From Lama glama (Eukaryota): DNA of 64,000 bases. The notes under the pieces were generated by a model that was not told where the DNA came from, made no database searches, and saw only the letters and a list, made by a program, of their open reading frames with translations. Of this stretch, positions 1 to 13,819 are shown one piece after another. Numbering within the stretch: the first letter of the stretch is position 1; each line of letters opens with the position of its first letter. A program made the position numbers and the translations under genes. The stretch lies in contig CM052841.1 of assembly GCA_028534125.1 (NCBI GenBank), positions 66,278,001-66,342,000 of the forward strand, read 5' to 3'.

Positions 1-3000
1 GGGAAGCAGGTGCTGGCCTCTTGGCAACCCCTGGCACGAGCTCAGGGCCCCTTCCGACCACAGGAATCACAGCCAGAGAGGCCTGAGCTCCAGGAGCCCC
101 AGGCCCCGCGCTCCGGAAGAGCACCCCAGCCTGAGCAGCCTGCAGTGGGCTTCCTGTCACCTTTTCGATGACCCTGGCAGGACAGCGCGGTGGGAAGGAC
201 ACGGGCTCCGCAGTCAGCTGGCCCTGGGCTCGGCATGGTCCCCCAAGGAGAGCTGGTTCAAATCCTGGCTCCGCCCTAGCCAGCGGTGTAACCTTGGGCA
301 ACCAGAGACCCCACCCCACCCTGCCTCTGAGTATTGTGAGCATCTGGTGAGTTCACTCCCATGGGAGGGCACTGTAGGGCGGCTGGCATTCACCAGCAGC
401 CAGGGGGTGGCTGAGATGGTTATGAGTACTTATTAGTTTTAGGAACTGCCCTAAAGGCATTCCTGCCAGAGTGGCCCCGGAGAAAGGGAAGTTTGCAGCA
501 AAAGACCCCCTAATTCCAGACAGGTGTGGAGAATGTAGTGCTGTCCTCAAGGCTCCTTCTAAAGGACCTGTCCTGGAAAACCAGAGACACCTGGAGACAC
601 TGCTGTCTGGGCAGGTTGCAGGGCCGGGCTCTGGTCACAGTTAGCTGCCAGCAGGAGGCGGATTGCCCCAGGACAGACGACCCTGCCTGAAATACGAGGT
701 GGCGCCCTCTCCCCTCTCCACCCCTCTCAGCATCCCCTGTAGTTGGGACCAGGGTAGGACATGCGCAGAGCCAGCCGGCGCCCAAGTCCTGACTCCAGCC
801 CTGGGGCCCTAGACCACATCTGGTGGCCCAGACAGATGACGTACCTCTGCCTGGCCGGAGTCCCACCCACTGCACTGGGGACATCACCAGGCGAGGCTGA
901 AATGAAGCAGGTCCCAACCATGTGTCTCTTTAGGACACTTGCAATCAGTGGGCGTCCGAGGGAGCTGACCCGGGGCAGCACAGGGGAGCTCGGGCTTGGC
1001 AAGCTGGCCCTTCCAGCAGAGGCACAGGCTAAGCACCCTCCCGCAGTGTCCTGGGCGCACACCCGGCCTGCAGACGGTTTCCACTGCGCTGGGGTGGTCG
1101 GTCTTGGGACATGGCAGCGAGCTCTGGGGGACATCACATGGGATGACCATGGGGTCTCCCACACAACTCTCAGGGTCTGGACAGCTGAGGGGAGGCTCAA
1201 AGACAGCTCCACCTCCTTAGTTCCCAAAGAGAGCCCCCCAGACCATGTCAAAATCCTTCTGTGGCCTGGACAAGACGGAAGCCCATCCCCACAACCCTGC
1301 GGGAGGACCCCACCTTCTCTGCAGCCCCAGGGGTCACCCAAGCAGAGATCTGGCCCCTTTACTGATGGGCCACCCCCCACCTCTGCCAGGCCCTCGGGCT
1401 TCCCCATCAGTTGGGGTTCGGTGGGGGGCTTTCTCCCAGTATCCTCCCAGACTCTCCAGCCCTCCTACCCTAAGGGCAGAGGGAAAGAGTCATTCTGAGC
1501 AGAAGTGGCAGGAACCTAGCAACCAGAAGTTTCTCCTAACAGATGGGCCTGGTGGCCCTTTTCTCCCCTCAGCAGGTCCGAAGCTGCCGCCAGCAGTCAG
1601 CAGAGACCGACTTCTCCAGGAAGAGCCGGCGCCCTAATTATGACGGGGCCGCCAGTTCAAACGCTCTACTGGCGATAAAAGCAAAATCATGGATACAAGC
1701 GTGTGGTGTGTGGTGAACTTGTAAACAAACCCAGCGGCCTTGACGACGTGGCCCTGTGAGCTGGGACAGCCCGAGAACGTCCTTCTCTCTCCTCGCCGCC
1801 CACTCAGGCCGCCCCCGCCCGGACCCTCTGCTCCTCGCCCTCTCCCTGCCTGGGTGGCCACCCCGCTGAGCACTGCGCCCGTCGGCTCCTGCCGAGGTCG
1901 CACCTCTCCAGGCTCTGAGAAGACTGCTGCTGGGCAGAGGCCCCAGCCCAGGGGTGAGGAGCCTCCCCCATGCACGTCAGGCCAGCGCTCGGCCACCCTG
2001 CAGCATCTCAGCTAAGCCTGGAGCTGCAGGCCCAGCCGGAGTTTCGCGCCATGTGGACCCAAGCCTCCCCTGGCTGGTGAGGCTCAGGCAGCCCCCCCGA
2101 CCCCCTCCCTGGCTCGGGCCTGCCCAATGCCACTCTCTCTCTCTGTGGAAGGTCCCGTCACCTGCACTGTGTGAGTGGGGCCCCGTTCATCTGTGCCCCC
2201 TCCACAGGGCCAGAGATGGCTGGGGGCCGGGGGCCCTGTGTGCAGGTGCTTGTGGCTATGGGAGCCCCCAGCACGGCCCGGCCCCCCACGGAAGCGTGGT
2301 GATTCCATCTCATGCTGTCCTGCTGACAGTCCTACGGGAGGAGTCCAGCTCCTTCCCAAAGGCTCAGCCACAGACTTGTGTCCAGTGCTCCGTCAGGGTC
2401 GGAAGCCTGACACCACGAGTCTCCACAACCGGTCACAACCCCCAGGGCCAGGGGAGACAGTGCCCATGGGTCTCCCAGACCATGCCAAGCCTGGCCAGGG
2501 CTGGGAGGGGCACCAGGGGTGGGCTTCCTGGCTGGGAGGGGCTGGTGCCAAGAGCAAACTGAACAGCGTCACGTCCCCCTGCCCTGCTTGTGGTGGACAT
2601 ATCAGGGGAGAGCCCCGACTTCAGACACACCAGGTGCCAGCTGGTGCCCTCAGGCAGGTAGTTCATGTTCTCATCAGGAAAGTGATTGCAACATTAGCCC
2701 CAACTTGGGGGGTTCTGGTGAGGGTCAGAAGACCCCTGGTACTCAGCACCCTCTTGCTGGGCACAGACACAGAAAAGGGAGCCAGGCACCTCCGTCCCCA
2801 CCCAACTCAGGCCTTGACCATGCCTGTTTCCACGACACACCCCCACAGTGAGGCCAGAGGTGGGTGACCTACCAGGGTGGTTGTTTCTGTCCCTCGTTGC
2901 CAGGGGCCAGGCGCGCCCACCGACCACGCCCGCAGCTCGCTGCCCCTAAGAACTCCGGCTGGCTGGCGGGTGGGTTGGGGACAGCGGAGTGGGGAGGGAC

Positions 3001-3499
3001 TTCCTTCTGGAAGCTGTCCCAGCTCTGCTCTAATCAGCCACACTGTTTACTCCTCCCTGCCGTGCGCCAGGACAGTGAGCCCTGGGCAGGCCTGAGCAGG
3101 CTCGGGGACAGAGTTAGACCCCCACACCCACAGCAGCCGGGGCCCCAGGCTCAGAGACCACAGAGGAGCCGGCAGTGACAACGGCTGGCACAGACCTAGA
3201 CATGGGCGTGGTACCGACAGCCACCTGCCAGCCCCGGCCCTGCGGGGAGCAGCAGTCCCCACAGTGGGCACACCCACACTGGCCTGGCGCCCTGATGAGA
3301 GTCCTCAGGGGATCAGGCCGTGCTCAGAAGCCACCAGGCAGCCGGGGCCCCAGAGGGGGCACAGGGGCTGAGAGTCCAGAGGAAGCTGTCCGGAGGTTGT
3401 TCCAGGCTCAGGTCACATCAGGAAGTGACATGAAGATGACAAGGGCCCCTGGGCACCTGCACCCTGCTGCTCAGAAGCACCTCCCCTCTGACACATGCT

Positions 3500-3652
3500 G
3501 CACACAGAGACACCACACACACACAGGCACACCACACACAGAAACACACACACGACACACAGACACACACCACACATGCACATAATGCACAGACTCACAC
3601 CGTACACATCACACACGCAGACACACAGCACACACATGCACACACACGCACA
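3500..3652. repeat. Degenerate (CA)n simple repeat
   Basis: About 150 bp of interrupted CA dinucleotides. Confidence 0.85.
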
Positions 3653-6055
3653 CCGCCAGGGTCTGCAGGGCGGGGGCAAGCAGGGCAGGCCGGCTCGAGC
3701 TGCCCACAGGCTCCGTGCGGGTGTCTGGCCGGGGCGGCGCCCTCAGCCTCTACCTCCCTCTATGCTCCACCAGCCACTCCCCAGGGGAGCCAATCGACTT
3801 CTCAGGCTGGTTGGGTCCCAAGGGCACTGGGAGCCAAACAGAAGTGGCAAGGTCAGGGTCGGGAACCTGGTGCCACAATAGGTGGCGATTTGGGAAGGCG
3901 GCTGGAGGAGGCACGGTGGTGCTGTCTGGGAAGTGCTGACATGCGATGGACAGAAGACGGGGCCGTGGGACAGGGGGCTCTATGGTCAGAGGGGTGCAGG
4001 GACGGATGGAAGCACAGCTGCCCTGGGCCGCAGCTCGGCAAACGCCCTCTAAGCAGCCGAGCACCATGATGTCGCAGCCCAGTCTCTCCTGCCCAGGACA
4101 CCCTGGGGACACCATGCACTTTTGCCAAGGAGAGACCCATGGCCACACCAACAGGGAGAGGTCAGCGGGGAGCTCCCCCAACCCCAGGCCTGGTCAGCCT
4201 CCTGCCAGACCAAAGTTAGTCCCGGCCGCTGGGCCAGGCAACCCCGCATCCGGCACCAGCCGTTGCCTCGGGCACCTGCCAGGGGCCAGGCCCTGTGCCT
4301 CACGTGTTCCCCAGGGTGACCCAGCCTCCACAACACAGCCCAGGAGGAAGCGCTGTCACCTTGCCCAAGGCCACACAACGCAGAGCACAGACACGCCCTT
4401 GGCACCACCTCCCCCAAACTGGGAGCACCCATAGCAGAGATGCAGCCGCTGAGCCCGGTGGCCCTGGGAAAGGAGCCTGTAGGTCTGACATCCCCGCCCT
4501 GGGAAGCACAGCCATCCTCAGGGCTCAGAGTCACTGGGGCCAGGGCTTTAGGGGAGCAGGGCGGTGGGTCTCCTCCCTCCTAGCTCACCACCCTCCTGGA
4601 TTGGAGCCTTCCAGCAGGACCGGACGGCCCAGGGGGCCCACGGAGAGTTCACAGGCAGGGGTCCATGCAGAGCCGGTCCCACTGTTGAATAAAGGACTTA
4701 CCAGGTGGGACCAACCTCAGAACCACCCATCAGCCCCATTTGGGGCCCAAGTGTTTATCCCCACTTTACAGATGTGGAAACAGAGGGACAGTTTATTAGG
4801 TTATAGTCTGATGCCAGCCCCACAGTGGGACCTGAGCCCAGAGGCGGGGTTGCCCAGTGGGTATGGCCAGAGGGCACTCAGGAAGTCTCAAGTCCTCAGA
4901 GGGAGCCCCCAGACAGGGAGATCCCTCCTCAGGAGTGCAGGACAGAGTAGGGACGGCTGGCCTGCACTCAACCAAGTCCACGGAAGAAGGAAGGGCTACG
5001 ACCCCCTCTCCAATCTGCCTGCACCCCCACCCTGTTCACAGGCCCCTCCCCAGCCCCCAGGTGCCTGGGGCAGGCCAGGCGGGGCTCAGGTAGAGGCCCC
5101 AGAGTGCTCACCAGCTGGAAGGCTCCAGGCCTCCCTCTCCATGGGAGGACGCCAGGCAGGAGCCGTGGCTCAAAGGCCAGCGGGAAACAGAGCACAGGGA
5201 CTGGGGTACCTGCTCCTCCAGGTCCACGGGAGGTTGGCCAGCGGCCAGGAGGGAGGCCCGCCCTGACGTTGCCAGAGAAACCAGGGCGTCCAATCGTGTG
5301 GGCTCCTCCCCCAGGCCTGCTCAGAGCCTAGGGGACCAGGGCCAGGCACCAGGGCCCTCACCCGCACAGGCACTCCGCCTTGGGGGAGGTGCACACCTAG
5401 GGCACTCCTCCCCACTGGCTCCAGGCACGGCCCAGAACCCCGCCCCAGCCAAAGAGGGCAGGTGCGCACTCGGCAAAGAAGGTGAAGGGGAGGGTCTCCA
5501 GGGCATCTAGAGCCCCGCCCTCGTGTCCTCATGGGCCTCTGGGCCCCTCTAGCTGCTGCCCTCTGAATTCACCCTCCTCCCCAGAGACCCTCCCTGGCAG
5601 CTCGGAGCCAGGGGGCTGGAGGCAGATGGGTGCCGCCCAGCTGTTCTGACATGGTGTGAAGCACAGGTCACTGGGAGAGCTCACGCCTCCAGCGTAGCCC
5701 TCTGGGCGGGGGCGGGTGGAGGTCAGGGGATGGCAGGCACAAAGCGCTGCAAGGTTCGGTCACACCAAACTCCCTCCGGCGAAGCCCCTCGTGTCCCCAG
5801 GGCCGGTGGGGCGGCCTTGCCGGAGTTCGCAGGGAGGTCTCGGGGTGCTGGGCTTGGGATCTGCACGCTTCCCTGTGGCTCTCAGCTAGTTTTCCAACAA
5901 GAAATGCTGGTGAGTGTACAGGGGAGGGCGTGCTGCCTCCACTCCCTGCCCAACACCAGCCACTGGCTCAGCGGGCCGGCTGGGGGCCCAGGAGTCCTGG
6001 GGGCGGGCAGCTGGCCCCACAAAGATCTGGTCCTGCCAACCAACCATGGGGGCAA

Positions 6056-6752
6056 CGCCGGCAGGTGGCGCCCTCTCCCCGTCGTGGCTGGGGAGCCAGC
6101 CCCACAAAGGGAAGCTGAGGGGGTCCCATAAGCCTCTGCTGTTTCTGCCACCACCCTGCCTCCAGAATTCTGTCCCCCTCCCAAAAAAAACTAGGAAAAC
6201 CATCTTTTGCCAGGAAACTGTTCTTAGCATTCAGGAAATTGGGATTCGGGGACAGAGACTTGGAGCAGCCTGGGCTCTTAAATACTGAGAGCTGTATCTG
6301 CCCCCTGGAGGCCGAATGGTGGGGCAGCAGCCCCTCAGCCCCTGGGAAGTTGTTGGACATCATCCCAGGAGAGCTGGACACGTAGAGAGGTCGCCTCGGA
6401 CCAAAGCTGGGCCCTCCAAGTAAGACAATGCTCAAGGGCCAGAGGGTCCAAAGGGGGCCCACCTCCACGGTCGGCAGGTGTAGTGTCGGTACTCGGCACA
6501 CCTGCCCAGGTCTGCCTCCGCCACCTCGAGCCAGGAGGTATCCATCACCAAAAGATGGACGGGCTCAGGGCGTGCACCCAGGTTGGCTTTGTCCGTCATG
6601 TTCAGAGACACAGGGAAAAGTCCACCTGGTCTGAGGGCTGAACGTGGAGGCTGGAGCCTGCAAGGGGCTGGAGTTCCTCCCTGAGACTTTCTGGAACACC
6701 ACCCCCACCGCAAGCTGACCGAAAACGGTCCCAGCACCTCCAGGGGGCGGTG
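6056..6752. promoter_or_regulatory. Cluster of three CTCF-like motifs
   Basis: CGCCGGCAGGTGGCGCCC (+, 6056-6073), TCGGCCTCCAGGGGGCAGA (-, 6297-6315), CACCTCCAGGGGGCGGTG (+, 6735-6752). Confidence 0.45.
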
Positions 6753-8020
6753 ACAGTGCACCCGCCATCCAGATTCAGCCTTCCCTGCCCCCCGGCGTCT
6801 GGCACTGCCCCGTGGGTGCCGGGTGCCTCGGCCCAGTCGCTGTCCCGGGCGACCACACAGCCTGTGCAGCGTGAAGGGCCAGGAGCATCTCAAACTGGAA
6901 TTCTGGGGTGGAGACTTCAGATCCAAAGAGCACCACAATTGAAAACAAATTAATTTATTTTCTTTGTTAAAAGGAAATGAGCCAATGCAGACCCTTTGAA
7001 GCAACTCTCCCGGCTGATGGGCCACCTCTTCAGTCCGTGGATCCCAGGTCTGAGAACCGGCTCCTGGCCAAAACCACCAAGCCAGGGGTCGTGGCTTTTC
7101 CTGGGCAACCCTGTTCTACTTTTCAGCCCTTCGTCCTTAATTTCCTCTGACAAATGTGAGAGTACTTTCCCCGGGGGACCTAGAGTAAGTGCACTGGGAT
7201 GACCACAAGCCACAGGGCCAGGGTCGACACTGATGCCCAGTGACTCCCATCAGAGGGGCAACTAACAGGGTTCTGCCCAAAGCCCAGCTTCCAGTGGGTC
7301 CCCTGGGTCGCAGTCCCACCCAGCGGTCACTTCCCAGTCTGCGGAGGTGCAACTGACACACCCCTACTTGTTCTGGGGGGTCAGAGCTAGCGTCGTGATC
7401 ATCATGGGAAGGTCAAGGGGATTCTGTGAAGCTTCCCCGCCTCCTGTGGCCAAGAGAGTAAAGCAGAAACGTCGCCACCTCCCGGGGAGGGAGACTGAGA
7501 GACGGGTGCCTGCCTGCAGCAGCTGAAGGAAGCAGGGGGCTGGTCCCCAGCACCTCTCTACCTCATTCTCCAGTCCAGTCTCTGCCAGAAGGGACTAGAT
7601 CCTGGAGGGTGACTTCAGACCAGAGGGCCGGCCAGTCTCTGGGGCAGGGTGCCGTGGCCCCGGGGACATGAGGCCCCACGGTGTGGGTTACTCTTCCTCT
7701 CTGTAGACCATCTTCTCTTTGTGGGAGGCCTTTGTGCAGGTCTGCCCAGGGCTGTTTCACCCCTCAGCCCTGAGTCACAGGCACCCATCCATCCATCCAT
7801 CTCATCGGTGGCGCAGTGTTGCTAGGCTGGTAGAGCAAGACACAGCGGGGGCACGGGCTCTCAAGGCGGGGCCTCGGGCAGCAGCAGAGGCAATGGCCAG
7901 GCCCCGGAAAGAGTCCAAAGCCTTCTGCATCTGTGAAGGTGCTAGAAGGCCAGGGGAAAGGGGCACTCCTGGCGCCTCACTCTGCACGGAGGCCCCGCCA
8001 TCTGAGGAAGAGTTTCAACC

Positions 8021-8373
8021 TGCTAGGGTCCAAATGTTGGTGTCCTCCCCAAATCTATACATGGAGCCCTAAGGCCCGGCGTGGCTGTATTTGGAGTGAG
8101 GAAGTAATTCAGTTTAAATGAGGTCATGCGGGAGAGGTGTCCTGACCAGACAAGACACGAGAGAGCTCACTTTCTCTCCCCGCCACGTTCACGGGTAGAG
8201 GAAAGACCACGAGAGGACATGATGAGAAGGTAGCTGTCTGCAAGCCAGAAGGTCCAAATCGGCTGGTGCCTTGACCTTGGACGTCCAGCCCCCAGGACTG
8301 TGAGATATAAATGTCTGTGTTTAAGCTCTCCAGTCTGTGGTGTTTTGTTATGCAGCTTGACCTGACTGAGACA
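8021..8373 (+). mobile_element. MaLR solo LTR (MLT1A/MLT1B-like)
   Basis: tgctaggg..aatgttggtgtcctcccc ... gccttgaccttggacgtccagcc..aggactgtgagatataaatgtctgtgtttaagc..ccagtctgtggtgttttgttatgcagc..gactgagaca. Confidence 0.82.
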
Positions 8374-9149
8374 CATGCCTGTTGAATAAGTCCTGGCGTG
8401 CTACTGGGCCCTGAGACGGATGCCTGGACAGATACCAAGCATGACGTGCCGAGGACTGTCCATCACAAGCTGGGTCCAGTTGGCCACCAGGGCCCAAGGG
8501 GGCTTTTGATGGTTCACAGTAGCTTCTTTCCCTAATTCCTGGTGAATCTGGCTCTGAGCTTTGACCAGCCCTGCAGGGAGAGGGAGGGACCCTGGCCCTG
8601 GGGTCCTGTGTCTGGGGAAGGAGGCCCCAGCTCCCGCCTCTCCTTCCTCCTTACAGCTTCCCCTCAAGCTGTCCAGGGCCAGACACAGCTCTTTTGGGAA
8701 ATACCTATCCTGGGAGATTTGCAGTCAGAAGGAGGGCAGCGCTGACGACAGGTAGGAAGAGTAGGACTCAGATTCTCTCTGGACGAGGGACTCCCTAGGG
8801 CCTCACATGGCCCCTTGCTTTGCTCCATTAAGGTTGCTGCTCCCGTACACCTCAACCATTGCCCCTGGACTAATTAGGGGCACAGACACAGAGACCCCAC
8901 ACCAAGAGCAACCTGAAAACCCCAGAGCTCAGCATCCCCAGGGTCCCTCCCTCCCCCTGAGGGACAGACCAGATGACTCAGAAATTAGAGAAAAGACCTG
9001 CTATCCTTGTCGCAGGGCAGGATCAACCAACAAGAACGTCATCTGCGGACCTGCCCTGCTCAGCCAGCGCCCAGCGCTGCACGGGCCTAGGAGAGGAGGC
9101 CACTGGCTGAGCAGTGAGGGCCAGGAGAGGGCGCCCTGGAGGATGCGGG

Positions 9150-9163
9150 GTTTCCATGGCAAC
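9150..9163. promoter_or_regulatory. RFX X-box motif
   Basis: GTTTCCATGGCAAC fits the palindromic consensus GTTNCCATGGNAAC. Confidence 0.5.
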
Positions 9164-10809
9164 TCTCAGCTGCCTAGGCTGGGAACCACTGGGCCGAGGC
9201 TCAAGGAAGAGACTTTGTGTGAGCAAAGGTCCATAGGGGGCACGGTCCCACTCTCCTGCTTTCCTTCCGCTTCCTTGCTGCCAGACAGACAGATGGACAT
9301 TGCTTGGGGACCCCTCTGGGGCAGGCATCTCTTTCTGCTGCTGCGTGCCTGCCTCACGGCTCAACCCCACCTGGGTGGCAGTCTAGGGTAGACCTTGAGA
9401 TGCGGCGAAGGGGGAGGAGCGATTATCGCCTCTTGAGCCCACCTGTGGTAAAGCTTCCAGATCCTGCTGTGCCCTGGACAGCTGGCCACCTCCCAGCTCT
9501 GCCCAGAGTCCTGTGCCCCCCAAGCCTTCCCCACACCACTTCTCAGTGTCAGGCAGACCTGAACAGGGTACCCTGCCCGTTGCCTTCCCTGTCCCCTACC
9601 CCAGTCCTTCCCCTGAAGCAGCCACACATCCCCTGAGCATCCTCTGCTCTCCCTGGACACTGCTCAGCACTCCTGCAGCCCTGGCCTCAGACTTGGGGCC
9701 GGCACAGCACCCCCCCCCAGTCTGCCTGGCTGCTTGGACCTAGCTAGGGGTGCCAGTGTCTGAGTCCAGGGGAAGGGACAGGCTGAGACCTTGCCTCCTC
9801 CATATGTGGCAGTAGGTAGAGCCTTCAGAGCCTGGCTTCCACAGGAGAGGCAGGGCAGGTGGGTGCAGGGCTCCCACAGGGGCAAGTGGGTGTCATGGGG
9901 ACCAGGCATCCTCTAGGCTCTGTGGCCACACTCCAGGTGTGGCAGGTGGCACACAGGTGATAAATACTCAGTGCCCAGGGGCCAAGGCCAGGGGCAATGA
10001 GGATGAGGCAGGGAGGGGTACTGAAGGGTGGAGGCCCCAGCTGCAGGACCCAGGGCTCAGCTGCTTTTCCAGGTTCCCAGCCAGCAGGACAGCTCCTGTC
10101 CCTCAGACTGGTGACCAGAGGCACCTGGGCTCCCTTCGTCTTGCTGCCAAATGGAGCACCTATCCCAGGGGAAGGCAACTCCTGGCCCCTTGGCCCCACA
10201 CATGAAGCCCATGCCTGGAAGATCCCTGCGTCTGCCTGGAGCTGCAGGCCAGGCAGGAGTCTGTCCAAGGTGGTCAGTGCAGATTTCACAGCGACAGCTG
10301 TCCCTTGTGGAGTGTCTGCTGTGCTCCAGGTCTACACCAAGGGCGTTGCAGGCAAGACTTCATTCACCGGGTTCCCATTTGAGAGAGAAGAGAGAGGCCC
10401 AGCGGAAGGCTGAGGCCCCACTCGTGAGCAGCCCTGCTGTGCCCCAAGCCCCACACTTCCCCTATACTCTAGATGGGCAGGGTCCAAACAGAGAGAGGCT
10501 CTCCCATCCATCACTGAGCATTTGTGTATCAGCCCCATGCCAGGAGCTTCGGCGATTCCGGCAGGTCCCTGTCCACCTGGAGCACACAGGTGCTCTGCTC
10601 AGCCCTCTGCCCACCGGTAGGGGCCTGCTTCAATTACAGCGACACATCTACGAGGTAAGTGCCATACAGCCCCCACTCTCAGCTGTGTCTGTGAGGTCCA
10701 GGTCATGCTTACAACGTCACATTAAGTGAGAGCAGGAGGCTACAAAACTACATGTGCTATATGACCCAAGTTCTATAGCAATTCTTGTAAGTGTGTACTG
10801 AGGAGTGAG

Positions 10810-11225
10810 TGTACTGGGGTGAATGGTGGGCCCCAAAGAGACATCTACATACAATGGTAAATGTGACCTTACTTGGAAAAAACGGTCTTTGCAGGTGAAA
10901 TTAAGTTAAGGATCCTGAGATCATCCCTGATTAGGGTGAGCCCTAAATCCAACACAAGTCCTCTCAGGAGGAGAGAAGACACAGACCCGAGGAGAAGAGG
11001 GGAGGCCACATGAAGCTGGAGACAGAGGGGGGACGATTTGGTTACAGCCACAGGACACCTAGAGCCCCAGAAGCTGAGAAAGGCAGGAAGGGTTCCTGCT
11101 AGGCCCTCCAGGCAGAGCAGCACCTAGATTCTTCTGGCTTCCAGAGCCGAGAGACAACAAATTCTGTCATTTTAGGCAATTTAGTTGTGGTCGTCTGTTG
11201 TGACAGCCCCTCGGAGACTAAGATA
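10810..11225 (+). mobile_element. MaLR solo LTR (MLT1C-like)
   Basis: tgtactggggtgaatggtgggccccaaa ... aatgtgaccttacttggaaaa..gtctttgcag..aattaagttaaggat ... agaagctgagaaaggcaggaagg ... aaattctgtcattttag. Confidence 0.8.
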
Positions 11226-11647
11226 GAGGCCTATACCCCGTCAAGCAGGATTTAACCAGCACCTACTGTGCCTCATGTTGCTGTTCTAATGTGTTCAGCC
11301 TCCAAGCAAGCCTGGGAGGTAAGTATCAGAGAGACGGGGTTGCCCAGCATCACACAGCCAGTGGGGAGCCTGCTCTCTAGGCTGGCAGCTCAAGGCCTCC
11401 TACCCCAGAGAGTCTGGGCTCACCATCCATTGTCACACACCCAGAATGGGCAGAGAACCCACCCCACAAAGGGAAAGATCCACTGCATTTTCTGTTTGCG
11501 TTGGGGCTTTCCTTGGATTTATCGGGGTGGCAGATTTGCCCTCCTAATTCTGTTTGATTTAGGCTGATGTTAAAAGATTTCCACCCCACACCCAAGGGCT
11601 GGGGGGCCTGGAACCAGCCCAGAAACTTGGAGCCGGAACACACTCCC

Positions 11648-11720
11648 CTCTCTCTGTCTTTCTCTCTGTCTCTCTGTCTCTGTCCGTCTCTCCCTCTCTG
11701 TCTCTCTCTGTGCCTCTCTC
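11648..11720. repeat. (TC)/(TCTG)-rich simple repeat
   Basis: ctctctctgtctttctctctgtctctctgtctctgtcc... Confidence 0.75.
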
Positions 11721-13819
11721 CAGCACTCTCAGTGTCTGCCAGGATGTGGTGGGGAGGGCAGGGGAGCCGGAGCGGCACAGACCGGGAGGGGGCGGGGTTC
11801 TGGTCACACAGGCCACAGATGAGCCCTGCTGTGGACAAAACAGTATACACCTGCTTCACGTGTGCCTGCCTCCTCCACACAGGCCCCGGGGACATAAACT
11901 GGGTGACAGAGCTGCCAGCGAGCACTCTAGGAATGCTGCGTGGCCAGGTGTCACTTGATGACACGGTGGCGCGCAACCTCACGCGGACCTCCAGCTATTT
12001 CCTGGGCACGCGTCATCTCCCAGTGAGGCGCTCAGGCCCCTGTGGTTGGACAAACCGTTTCCTTCCGGGCTTCCTGTAACACCCACTACACACTCTGCAG
12101 CCCCCACTCTCCAGGGACTTCGAGGTCCCCAAGGAGAGAAATGGCTGTGGATGATTTCTTGGAGATTTTAGGGCAACAGGAGGGGCATGTACACCAAAAA
12201 TGGGCAAAAAATGAGATCTTTCTCAGAGTAATGAGATTATTAATAATGGTGGCAAAAATGAGCACTCTCTTTACTTAAACACATAGGTGTGCGGACGTGT
12301 GTGCATGCATCTGTGTGTTTGGGTCTCTCTTTCTCTCTCCTCCCCCTGTCCACGTCTTCCCTCAGGTCCTGTGTTAGCACCTCTGCTGGTGGCCCCTGGC
12401 GGTGACCCCAGCCTCCACTGGGCCCTGCAGGAGCAGACTTGCTGGGGAGGGGCCAGGGAGGTGGGAATAGGAGAAAGGCCCTGGGCTGGGAGCTGCCAGG
12501 CAGACCACAGGGACATCCCCACCTATACCTCGCTGTCATAAATGCCTGGGTGGGCCTTGGAGGTCGCACATCCCGTCTAAGCCCGATTGCTGGTTCTTTG
12601 TCCCTGGGATGGCTTGGGGCAGCCTGGCCACTTTCCCCAGCCTGGTCCTCATCTGGAGTCCATGTTGGCCTTGAAGGACCACCCCTCTCCAGGAGTCCAG
12701 CCCTCTGCACTCCCAAGGGCTCAGAAGAACGCTGCAAGCGTCCCCTGTCATCTCCCACCAGCCTGTCCAGGGGACAGGACTAGGGAGGGGTGAGTTAGGA
12801 AATCAGGGCTTGACTTCAGCTCCCCCAAGGCCTAGATTGGTGACCCAGGGCATCACTGCCCTGTCCGCTCATGAGGCAGGACGCCAGGGAGGGCCGAGTG
12901 ATGACCAGCAGGTGAGCAGTAGGTGCCCCCAGGGGGAGGTGGCTCTGCAGACGACCGCCAGGAGCAGGACCCTGGGTGTGCTGGCACTAAACTCTTGGCA
13001 CTCTGAGTGTGGTGGGCCAGCCTGTGAGAGGTGGTGCCTCTCAGGATAAGGTCTGGCATGACTGTCTGCGTCCGCCCACCACATTGCCGCCCTGCTCCCC
13101 GAGCTGTGACCAGGGCTAGGACGCATCCAGACGTAAAGTTGTTTTTCTTCTCTCTGATGCTCCTTTGGGATGAGACCCATTGAGGGTGGGTAGAGGGGGC
13201 GTGCTCACAGCCTCCAAGGGACACGCACCCTGGGCTGGTGCATGAGGCGTCACAGAGGGAACTTATAAGAGAGTATAGGCAGAGCCCAGATGTGCACAGA
13301 CAGCAGGTCCCTGCCCCCTAGGAGACCGGGGGGAGGGAGAAAAAGCCGGAGAGGGTGAGCTAAGTGAATGGGGGCCTAGAGGGGGGAGGCGAAACAGGTC
13401 CAGCGCCAGCAGGGTCAGTTGGTGATGTCAGTGCCCCCAGGAGCTCCTCCACTCCCAGACCTGTCACCTAGCAGCCCGTGTGCTCTGTGGAGCCGAAGCA
13501 AAATCATTCTCACAAATCAGTGGCCACACGGGCACCATACATTGGGCCTGCCACCTGCTGGAGGTCCACATGCCACCCACCTTTGTGGGTCCTCTCGACA
13601 GGAGACTGTCGGGTCTCTGGGCAGGAGAAGACACACCTCTGTGCTGTGCGGGAGGGGAGTCTCCCCATCCAGCCAGGGCTGTCTGCAGGGGCCCAGTGGG
13701 GCCAGGTGCTAGTCCACGGACAGCATTATCCCAACTGCTGGTACTCCCTGAGTTCTCACTGTGCGCTGGGCACTGTGACTATCACTGTCCAGAGCCCGTG
13801 ATCCTTCCCAACCCCTACA

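Noticed and set aside
3495-3881. His/Thr-rich ORF
   Set aside because: It is the translation of the degenerate (CA)n repeat.
13711-13730. REST/NRSF half-site CCACGGACAGC
   Set aside because: The left half of the RE1 motif is missing, and such half-sites are common by chance in this sequence.
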